A stretch of DNA of 64,000 nucleotides from the IMG/VR virus record IMGVR_UViG_3300028133_000002, positions 6,836-70,835 of that record; one strand, written 5' to 3'. The notes beneath the pieces were generated by a model. That model saw only the letters and a list, made by a program, of their open reading frames with translations, had not been told where the DNA came from and searched no databases. This document shows positions 57,011 through 64,000 of the stretch, piece after piece. Position numbers and translations under genes: made by a program. The first letter of the stretch is position 1; each line of letters opens with the position of its first letter. Source of the stretch: a virus.

Positions 57011-57914
57011 CAGCATTTTTGATAATAAAACTGATAAAAGAATGGATCTCTCGAATTGGCAACAGTTCGAGAGTCTGCTGTATGATCTTTCCACTGTTGA
57101 ACGAAAAGACAAGAAAGATGCGCAACTCATCTCACCAGCAACTTATCAACCTGATACTACAAGGGCAAATGCTAATGTAGTTAATTGGGCCGGTTGGGCT
57201 GCAGTTGATGTCGACGATCACGTATTTGAAGGTGACTTAGAAAATGAACTATATAATCGTTATGGTGATTGGTATTACATTTGCTACTCAACTGCTAGCA
57301 GCACTATCGATCATCCGAAGTTTCGACTCGTATTCCCACTTAAAGCTTCGATTGGAGTCGATCAAATTAAGAAATTTTGGTTTGCGCTCAACACTGAACT
57401 CGGATCAATCGGAGATCGGCAGACTAAAGATTTATCTCGCATGTATTACATTCCTGCGAGCTATGCTGGTGCTAATAATTTTATTTTTACTAATTCTTCA
57501 GGTTCTTACATTGATCCTTATGCTTTAATTGATAAGCATCCAATCGTTGAAAAGAAAGGTTCAAGCTTTTTTGAACGTTTGCCTGAATCAATGCAAAAGA
57601 CTATTATCCAGCATCGCAAAGATCAAATGCAAAATAACTCTATTAAATGGGTATCTTATCATGATTGCCCATTTATGAATAAGAACTTAGTTGTAGAATA
57701 TAAAGCACTTACTGGAACTGGTTGGTATCATATGATGTATAGAATTATGGTCTCAATTGCTGGTAATGCAATCAAACGTGAATATCCAATCACAGTTCAA
57801 GAAGTAGTTCAGCTATGTAAAGAACTTGACATGGAAACTGGTAATTGGTATGACAACCGTCCACTTGATAAAGAAGCTGAAAGAGCTATCGAATTTGTTT
57901 ATGGAAATATGTAA
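56985..57914 (+). CDS. Archaeo-eukaryotic primase-like protein with helical C-terminal domain
   Basis: DVDD, YSTASS....PKFRLVFPL and D.SRMYYIP correspond to AEP motifs I-III. Confidence 0.65.
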   Translation: MGISLTLFNSIFDNKTDKRMDLSNWQQFESLLYDLSTVERKDKKDAQLISPATYQPDTTRANANVVNWAGWAAVDVDDHVFEGDLENELYNRYGDWYYICYSTASSTIDHPKFRLVFPLKASIGVDQIKKFWFALNTELGSIGDRQTKDLSRMYYIPASYAGANNFIFTNSSGSYIDPYALIDKHPIVEKKGSSFFERLPESMQKTIIQHRKDQMQNNSIKWVSYHDCPFMNKNLVVEYKALTGTGWYHMMYRIMVSIAGNAIKREYPITVQEVVQLCKELDMETGNWYDNRPLDKEAERAIEFVYGNM

Positions 57915-58351
57915 TGAAATTTAATGCTAAAACTGACTTAGATCCTGCAAGGCTATATAATAGAGCTGAAACAGAAGCTAAACTAATCCACAGTAAACCA
58001 TCAACCGCTCGTGGTAGATCTTTAGAAAATATTATAGAAACTGTTATGTATGGCCATGCTGCAGAATTATATCTAATAGACCATGAAAGTTTTAGTGATG
58101 ATCCACGTGAATATAAAGATGTAATTGATACAGAAGGTAATCAAGTAGAAGTAAAAGTTACTGAAGGCGAATATTATGTTCCGTATGTTTTACAAAGATG
58201 TAATGACGCCGCAATAGAAACTTGGCGAAAATATCCAGAAGTTCTTTATGTCTTTATTGGTAATAAAGAAACATGTGATTATAAACTACACGGAATTTAT
58301 TTGTGGAATGGTAAACAATTTTGTTTACAAACCGAAGAAGATAATGTATAA
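57914..58351 (+). CDS. Putative PD-(D/E)XK nuclease-fold protein
   Basis: G.AAE helix followed by DVID....VEVK. Confidence 0.45.
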   Translation: MKFNAKTDLDPARLYNRAETEAKLIHSKPSTARGRSLENIIETVMYGHAAELYLIDHESFSDDPREYKDVIDTEGNQVEVKVTEGEYYVPYVLQRCNDAAIETWRKYPEVLYVFIGNKETCDYKLHGIYLWNGKQFCLQTEEDNV

Positions 58352-58352
58352 T
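58324..58352 (+). promoter_or_regulatory. T4-early-like promoter overlapping the upstream stop codon
   Basis: GTTTACA-17-TATAAT. Confidence 0.8.
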
Positions 58353-58378
58353 ATACCTATTATATTGATGGAGTACCT

Positions 58379-58699
58379 ATGAAATACGATTCAAATAAAC
58401 CACCTTTGCATCTCATTCCACCAGAAATTCTAGTTGAAATTTCTGAAATCTTTGCGTTTGGTGCTGAAAAGTATGGTGAAAACAATTGGCGCGATGATGG
58501 TGGTTCTACAGGTTATGGTAGAACCTATTCGTCTATTCAACGGCATCTAAATACATTTTGGCAAGGTGAAGATATTGATCCTGAATCTGGTAAAAGTCAT
58601 TTAGTTCATGCTCTTACTCAGTTGATTATTCTCCGCATTCACCAACTTGAGCATCCTGAAATGGATGATCGTTACAATATTACGAGACCAAAGAAATGA
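58379..58699 (+). CDS. dATP/dGTP diphosphohydrolase-domain protein (DUF5664-like)
   Basis: KYD..KP...LIPP, FGAEKYG.NNWR, RHL..F..GED.DPESG.SHL.HA. Confidence 0.85.
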   Translation: MKYDSNKPPLHLIPPEILVEISEIFAFGAEKYGENNWRDDGGSTGYGRTYSSIQRHLNTFWQGEDIDPESGKSHLVHALTQLIILRIHQLEHPEMDDRYNITRPKK

Positions 58700-59109
58700 T
58701 TATAGGATTTACATGTTCTACATTTGATCTGCTTCATGCGGGTCATATTGCTATGTTAAGAGAAGCAAAAGCTCAATGTGATTATCTTATTTGTGGTTTA
58801 CAAGTTGATCCTAGTCGAGATCGTAAAGAAAAGAATCCACCAGTACAAAGTTTAGTTGAAAGGCATGTTCAACTTTCTGCTTTAAATTACGTTGATGAGA
58901 TCATTCCGTATTGTACAGAAGCTGATTTACTTGATATAATAAACATGTATCCAATCAATGTTCGTATTCTAGGCGATGAATACAAAGACAAAGATTTTAC
59001 TGGAAAAGATGAATGCCGCAAGCGTGGTATTCAACTTTATTTTAATAAACGAGATCATAGGTTCTCATCCTCTGATCTAAGAAAGAGAGTATGTGATGCT
59101 GCTAAATAG
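58696..59109 (+). CDS. Cytidylyltransferase-family nucleotidyltransferase (TagD/RfaE-like)
   Basis: STFDLLHAGH (HxGH), LICGLQ.DP, YVDEI.PY, R.H.FSSS.LR. Confidence 0.9.
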   Translation: MIIGFTCSTFDLLHAGHIAMLREAKAQCDYLICGLQVDPSRDRKEKNPPVQSLVERHVQLSALNYVDEIIPYCTEADLLDIINMYPINVRILGDEYKDKDFTGKDECRKRGIQLYFNKRDHRFSSSDLRKRVCDAAK

Positions 59110-59794
59110 TGTAAAAGATATTCGTGAATTCTTTATTGGCGAACTAAACGATGAAGCATTTACTATTGACAAAACAGGACAACGCACCATTGAAATGCTT
59201 GGCGCTAATTTTTTAGCAACTGAGCCAGCGATCTTTGGTGAACCAGTTAAGTCTTATATTAATGCTGAGCTTGCTTGGTATGAAAGCGGTTCAACAAACA
59301 TTTACGATATTCATGGTGCTGATAAAGAACCACCTCAAGCATGGCGATATGCTGCTGATCAACATGGCAATATTAATTCTAACTATGGCCATTTAGTCTT
59401 TGCAGACAAGTATCACAATCAATTTTATAATGCTTTTGATGAACTATGGCATAATCCTGATAGTCGCCGCGCTCAAATGGTTTACAATCGTCCATCTATC
59501 TGGGTTGAATTTGATGAAGGTGGTAAATCAGATTTCATCTGTACTAATGCGCAAACCTTCTATATCCGCGATGGCATTTTGCATATGGTGTCGCAGATGC
59601 GCTCAAATGATGTTGTGTTTGGATATAAAAACGATTACGCTTGGGCTCAATACTTAATGGATAAGTTTGTTGCTCAATGGAATGAACAATGCAAACTTCC
59701 TGGCAATAAACACTTTACTATTGAAAAGGGTATGCTTACATGGCAGGTAATGAATTTGCACGTATACGAACGTCACTTTAATTTGGTGAAGTAA
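59093..59794 (+). CDS. gp42: dCMP hydroxymethylase (thymidylate synthase fold, T4 gp42-type)
   Basis: DKTG..TIE, EP.IFG, INSNYG, NPDSRR, SDFICTN (catalytic Cys), MRSNDVVFGYKNDYAW with Asp at the base-specificity position, LHVYERHF. Collinear with T4 gp42 as recalled. Confidence 0.88.
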   Translation: MMLLNSVKDIREFFIGELNDEAFTIDKTGQRTIEMLGANFLATEPAIFGEPVKSYINAELAWYESGSTNIYDIHGADKEPPQAWRYAADQHGNINSNYGHLVFADKYHNQFYNAFDELWHNPDSRRAQMVYNRPSIWVEFDEGGKSDFICTNAQTFYIRDGILHMVSQMRSNDVVFGYKNDYAWAQYLMDKFVAQWNEQCKLPGNKHFTIEKGMLTWQVMNLHVYERHFNLVK

Positions 59795-60030
59795 TGAATA
59801 AATTAATATTAATTAGCGATATTATTGAGCAAAAAGTGCGTAAAGAAAAAGAGCTTCAATACTATCAAGAAGAACTTGAAAAGCTTAAGCAAAAAATGTG
59901 GTTCATTCAAAAAGATATCGATGTTACAAATATAATCATTAATATGATTGAAACAGAAAAAGTAGTAGATTTTAAAGATCAAATGGAAACCAAAATGTTA
60001 GGAGAAGACGATGCCAACTATGAGGGGTGA
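59794..60030 (+). CDS. Hypothetical coiled-coil protein
   Basis: Translationally coupled ORF (TAATG overlap). Confidence 0.6.
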   Translation: MNKLILISDIIEQKVRKEKELQYYQEELEKLKQKMWFIQKDIDVTNIIINMIETEKVVDFKDQMETKMLGEDDANYEG

Positions 60031-60460
60031 ATGGAACAAACGCTATCTTGATCTTGCCCGTACTGTAAGTTCATGGTCAAAAGATCCATCAAAGAAAATC
60101 GGTGCTATTGCTGTTGGTACTAAAGGTCAGGTTCTTGCTCAAGGATATAATGGGTTTCCACGCGGTATTAGTCATTCTAGTAAAAGACTAAAAGATCGCG
60201 ATTTGAAGTATAAGTACGTAGTTCATGCTGAAATGAATTTGATATATAATGCATCGTACAATGGTGTATCCCTTGATGATTCTACAGTCTATGTTACTGG
60301 TCTACCGGTTTGTTCAGAATGTGCTAAAGGTCTTATTCAAGTTGGTGTTCGTCAAGTGATTATGCCAGTACAAAAAGATACACCAGAAAAATGGAAAGAT
60401 TCATTTGAATTTACTAAAGAATTATTTGAGGAGGCTGGGGTTGCCTGGCAGTTTATATGA
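60011..60460 (+). CDS. cd: dCMP deaminase
   Basis: SKDPS.KIGA, GYNGFPRG, HAE, PVCSECAK zinc motifs. Confidence 0.93.
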   Translation: MPTMRGEWNKRYLDLARTVSSWSKDPSKKIGAIAVGTKGQVLAQGYNGFPRGISHSSKRLKDRDLKYKYVVHAEMNLIYNASYNGVSLDDSTVYVTGLPVCSECAKGLIQVGVRQVIMPVQKDTPEKWKDSFEFTKELFEEAGVAWQFI

Positions 60461-61272
60461 TTGAGCATATTATTATTCCCACGCTAGGTCGTATGGATAA
60501 ACAAGTCACATACAATAATCTACCTAAGAAATATCAAGATAAAGTAACCTTTGTAGTTCAAGCTCATGAGTTTGAAGAAATGAGAGAAAGATATGGTTCA
60601 GCTGTTATTGGTCTCCCTGATAATATATCTAGAATCGCGCCTACGAGAGAGTGGATCTTTAACAACTACCGAGAGTGTCGTCATATGGTTTTTGATGATG
60701 ACCTCGATTTTGTTGTAAAAGAGCCAAATCCCGGTGAAGGTACTAAATGGCTATCACGTCGTTTTACAGAACAAGATTTTGATGACACATTTGGTCTAAT
60801 GAATCAATGGATGGATGAAGGTATTGTCTATGGTGGTTTACTTCCAGCTTGGGTAATTCCAGATGTACGTCAATGGCCAGTTCGTGAGTGTCAACGTATT
60901 ATGACAAACGTATTTTATGATGGGCCAAATGTTCCAGATGGAATTGAATGGAATCGAGTAGCAGCTGCTGAAGACTTTGATGTAAATCTTCAATTGCTTA
61001 CAAAAGGTTTTAAAAATCGTATTAGTGCTAAATATATGGTAACATGTTCTGAAACAAATGCCGAAGGTGGTTGTTCTACATGGCGCACTCTTGAAGTACA
61101 TAATGATGCACAAAGAAAACTAGCAGAACTTTGGCCAGACTTTGTAAAGGTTCGCGAAAAAGAAGTTCCTAATGGACCTTGGAAAGGCCAAATAAAATTA
61201 GCAACTACTATTCAACATAAGAAAGCTTATGAGTCCAGCCAACATCAATCGTTGGAGGATTTTTTCGGATGA
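60457..61272 (+). CDS. GT-A fold glycosyltransferase, candidate DNA (hmC) glycosyltransferase
   Basis: IIIPTLGR, I.PTREWI, VFDDD (DxD), EDFD..LQLL..G, GGCS resemble phage TET/JBP-associated and hmC glycosyltransferases; C-terminal SLEDFFG. Confidence 0.75.
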   Translation: MIEHIIIPTLGRMDKQVTYNNLPKKYQDKVTFVVQAHEFEEMRERYGSAVIGLPDNISRIAPTREWIFNNYRECRHMVFDDDLDFVVKEPNPGEGTKWLSRRFTEQDFDDTFGLMNQWMDEGIVYGGLLPAWVIPDVRQWPVRECQRIMTNVFYDGPNVPDGIEWNRVAAAEDFDVNLQLLTKGFKNRISAKYMVTCSETNAEGGCSTWRTLEVHNDAQRKLAELWPDFVKVREKEVPNGPWKGQIKLATTIQHKKAYESSQHQSLEDFFG

Positions 61273-62462
61273 AATATGCAAGTATAGTACCACTCATTGG
61301 TGGTGAAACAATTGCAATGGAAAATGCATTTGGTAAAAGGCCTGAATATATTGTAAGCTATGAACCATTTGCTAATAATGACCAGCATATTGTTGAACAT
61401 TATAATCATGAAGTTCCATACAATGTAATTACTGAAAATAGTTCTACAAAGTTTGAACAGGTGGATGTTGTAAATACTGTTTGCCCGTGTGCGGGTTTAA
61501 GTAGTCTTTCACCTTCATCTGCTAGTGATAACGTTGCTAATGATTGGATGTTTATTACTTCTGAATATGTACTAGGTACTATGGCACCTAAAGTATTCTG
61601 GGGAGAGAATGCACCACGACTTGCATCTAAAATGGGTGAACCTGTAGTCAAACGCCTTCGTGAAATTGGTAAGAAACATGGTTATACATTCTCAATCTAT
61701 AAGACTAAATCTATTCTTCATGGGTTGAGCCAAGTTCGAGATCGTACGTTTTATTTCTTTTGGAAAGATGATCGTGTTCCTGTCTTTGATTACTTCCACC
61801 GTCCTCATGAAAAAATTGAGGATATGATTCGATCAGTGCCAAATAATCCAGATGATCCTATGAGTCAAATGCTGACTAATACTAAAAAGCCTACTGATAA
61901 TCCGTTTTATAAGTATGTGCTTGAAGTTATTGAAGGTGGTATTACTCACCAAGAATTTGCTGCTAAGATCGAAAAGACTACTAATCCACTTGATTACATT
62001 GAAGCCAATGGCATTAAATATAATGAAGTAGGAGAATGGATGGAAGCAAATGGTTTTGAGCGTGAAGCTGCAAAATGCAATCGTATGTATGAAAAGCTAA
62101 AAGCTGGTGGTAACATCATGCGAAAAAATACTGAAATTCCAAAAGATTACTTTGGAGCTTTTGTAGGTCATATGCCAACTTCAACTGCTCATCCAGATGA
62201 AGATAGATATTTAACTGTCCGTGAAGCTATGGAAGTAATGAAGCTGCCTCGTGACTTTGTTCTACAAGGTGGGCTCAAAAATCTAAATCATATTTGTCAA
62301 AATGTTCCGGTGACAACAGCAACAGATATGGCTGAACAAATTAAAAAATACCTTAGTAACAAGTTAGATACTGTTGATGCTGATTTTATGATTCAATGTA
62401 ATAAAACAAAATCACTTGATTACAAACAAATTGGTGTACAGCTAGACGAATTTATGGTATAA
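61269..62462 (+). CDS. Divergent C5-cytosine DNA methyltransferase-like protein
   Basis: CPCAGLS (motif IV PC), WGENAP (VI), QVRDRTF (VIII), RYLTVREA (IX), QNVP (X). Motif I reads VPLIGG instead of FxGxGG. Confidence 0.75.
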   Translation: MKYASIVPLIGGETIAMENAFGKRPEYIVSYEPFANNDQHIVEHYNHEVPYNVITENSSTKFEQVDVVNTVCPCAGLSSLSPSSASDNVANDWMFITSEYVLGTMAPKVFWGENAPRLASKMGEPVVKRLREIGKKHGYTFSIYKTKSILHGLSQVRDRTFYFFWKDDRVPVFDYFHRPHEKIEDMIRSVPNNPDDPMSQMLTNTKKPTDNPFYKYVLEVIEGGITHQEFAAKIEKTTNPLDYIEANGIKYNEVGEWMEANGFEREAAKCNRMYEKLKAGGNIMRKNTEIPKDYFGAFVGHMPTSTAHPDEDRYLTVREAMEVMKLPRDFVLQGGLKNLNHICQNVPVTTATDMAEQIKKYLSNKLDTVDADFMIQCNKTKSLDYKQIGVQLDEFMV

Positions 62463-62463
62463 T
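62435..62463 (+). promoter_or_regulatory. T4-early-like promoter for uvsX
   Basis: TGTACA-17-TATAAT overlapping the upstream stop codon. Confidence 0.8.
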
Positions 62464-62493
62464 ATACTTAATATAAATGAAAAGGTGACTTAT

Positions 62494-63564
62494 ATGTCTG
62501 TAATGGATAAACTCAAAAAGAATTCTAAGTTGAAAAATACTGAAGTTCTTTCAAAATCAAAGTTCTTTACCGAAAAAGATATGGTGCCAACTGAAGTACC
62601 AATGGTAAACGTTGCTTTGTCTGGTTCTGTTGATGGCGGTCTTACTCCAGGTATGACTGTTCTTGCAGGTCCTTCAAAACACTTTAAAACTTCTTTTGCT
62701 CTTTTGATGGCAGCTGCTTATATGAATAAGTACGAAGATGCTGTTATGCTATTTTACGATTCTGAATTTGGTTCTCCTCAATCTTATTTTGAATCATTTG
62801 GTGTAGATCCATCTCGAGTACTTCATACTCCAATTACTAATGTTGAAGAACTTAAGTTTGATTTGATTGGCCAACTTGAAAATATTGAACGTGAAGATAA
62901 AGTAATTGTTGTAATCGATTCAATTGGTAACCTTGCATCTAAGAAAGAACTTGAAGATGCTATTAATGAAAAGTCAGTTGCTGATATGTCCCGTGCAAAG
63001 GCCTTGAAAGGTCTTTTCCGTATGACAACTCCATATTTGACTATGCGAGATATTCCTCTTTTGGCTATTAACCATACATATCAAGAAATTGGTTTGTTTC
63101 CAAAAGCTGTTGTTTCTGGTGGTACAGGTATCTACTATTCAGCAGATAATATCTGGATTATTGGCCGTCGTCAAAACAAAAAGGGTACAGAAATTACTGG
63201 TTACGACTTTGTGATTAATGTTGATAAATCTCGTTATGTAAAAGAAAAATCGAAGATTCCAATCTCGGTATCTTGGGATGGTGGTGTAGAACAATGGTCA
63301 GGTCTTCTTGAAGTTGCAATGGTTGGTAACTTTGTACGTAAACCAAGTAATGGTTGGTATGAAGCAATGGATCCTGCGTCAGGTGAAGTTCTAAGCCCAA
63401 GTAAAGTTCGTGAAGCTGAAACTCTTACTGAAGAATTCTGGAAGCCAGTATTTGAAAAAACAAACTTCAAAGAGTTCTTAAAAGAACATTATACAATTGG
63501 TTATAAATCTACTATTGATGAAGCCGCATTAGAGGGTGTACTTGAGGGAGGAAATGATGTATAA
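62494..63564 (+). CDS. uvsX: RecA-like recombinase UvsX
   Basis: AGPSKHFKT, FYDSEFG, IDSIGNLASKKE, ADMSRAK.LK.LFR, VSGGTG..YSAD, KSRYVKEK. Confidence 0.96.
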   Translation: MSVMDKLKKNSKLKNTEVLSKSKFFTEKDMVPTEVPMVNVALSGSVDGGLTPGMTVLAGPSKHFKTSFALLMAAAYMNKYEDAVMLFYDSEFGSPQSYFESFGVDPSRVLHTPITNVEELKFDLIGQLENIEREDKVIVVIDSIGNLASKKELEDAINEKSVADMSRAKALKGLFRMTTPYLTMRDIPLLAINHTYQEIGLFPKAVVSGGTGIYYSADNIWIIGRRQNKKGTEITGYDFVINVDKSRYVKEKSKIPISVSWDGGVEQWSGLLEVAMVGNFVRKPSNGWYEAMDPASGEVLSPSKVREAETLTEEFWKPVFEKTNFKEFLKEHYTIGYKSTIDEAALEGVLEGGNDV

Positions 63565-63565
63565 T
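63537..63565 (+). promoter_or_regulatory. T4-early-like promoter overlapping the uvsX stop codon
   Basis: TGTACT-17-TATAAT. Confidence 0.6.
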
Positions 63566-63910
63566 AATATCAGTCAATATGATTACGATCAGATTGAATA
63601 TCATAAAGGAACTAATCATGATTCTTTTAAAATCAAAACAGGACGATTTTCTGGTACAGTAATTACATTTGGCGAAATTGCTATCCAAGAACAAATGGAT
63701 GGTAGTAACCCAAAACTAAAATTTCAATATCAAATTGAAGAAGCCCCAACTAATCCAGACGAACTAAAAGATGACGCTGAATTCAATAATTATGTTGGTG
63801 ATATGTTAACACATATTATTGAAGCAGCAATCGAAGATAACAATTTTGCAATTGGTGAGCAACCTGATGGAACCGAATCTACAAACAACAATTCTAAGGA
63901 ATCTAATTAA
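63554..63910 (+). CDS. Hypothetical protein in the T4 gp40 position
   Basis: GAGGGAGG SD; lies between uvsX and the helicase. Confidence 0.6.
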   Translation: MMYNNISQYDYDQIEYHKGTNHDSFKIKTGRFSGTVITFGEIAIQEQMDGSNPKLKFQYQIEEAPTNPDELKDDAEFNNYVGDMLTHIIEAAIEDNNFAIGEQPDGTESTNNNSKESN

Positions 63911-64000
63911 TAATGAAAGCTTTACACGCAAAGTTATCCCTTTTCTAAAGAAAGATTATTTCGAAGGCAGTCAACGTATTGTCTTCGATCAAATCATTTC
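63867..64000 (+). CDS. gp41: Replicative helicase, N-terminal part (runs off the window)
   Basis: MEPNLQTTILRNLINNESFTRKVIPFLKKDYFE matches the gp41 N-terminal pattern (IL..L..NE...RKV.PF.K..YF); follows uvsX as in T4. Confidence 0.8.
   Translation, partial: MEPNLQTTILRNLINNESFTRKVIPFLKKDYFEGSQRIVFDQII

Noticed and set aside
59093-59794. Annotation as ordinary thymidylate synthase
   Set aside because: The specificity position is Asp (GYKND) and the motifs follow T4 gp42. Hydroxymethylase versus hydroxylase or methylase cannot be settled by eye.
345-63694. Numerous short minus-strand and alternative-frame ORFs in the ORF track
   Set aside because: They lie inside well-supported + strand genes, lack SD sequences and recognisable motifs, and look like shadow ORFs.
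1-64000. tRNA or rRNA genes
   Set aside because: Intergenic gaps are short and none showed a cloverleaf with a T-loop GTTC motif. A dedicated tRNA scan was not run.

Overview
This window is 64 kb of an AT-rich T4-like myovirus genome, coded almost entirely on the + strand. Its accessory genes (DUF1127, c2-type cytochrome, DoxX, ROSE-like element) suggest a marine alphaproteobacterial host, which is an inference. 1-21.9 kb holds baseplate, large virion and modular tail-fibre/adhesin genes. 21.9-36.6 kb is the canonical T4 late block (gp13-gp23, gp3, uvsY, uvsW) with TATAAATA late promoters. 36.7-55 kb holds gp55, gp47/46, peptide deformylase, a VWA/MoxR pair, gp45/44/62, regA, an Hsp20-DUF1127-DoxX-cytochrome c cassette and DNA polymerase gp43, driven by T4-early-like promoters (T[G/T]TACA-17-TATAAT). 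55.5-62.5 kb is the most interesting block, a candidate cytosine hypermodification locus. It encodes a T4 gp42-type dCMP hydroxymethylase, dCMP deaminase, two NTP pyrophosphohydrolases, a phosphomannomutase-like HAD, a cytidylyltransferase, a GT-A glycosyltransferase with a sliding-clamp-type C-terminus, and a C5-cytosine-methyltransferase-like protein with an altered SAM-binding motif. uvsX and the start of gp41 follow. Non-coding signals include a ROSE-like RNA thermometer on hsp20, a candidate pseudoknot leader at 51.7 kb and a lone minus-strand promoter beside uvsW/gp55. All family assignments come from motif recognition by eye; no database searches were run.
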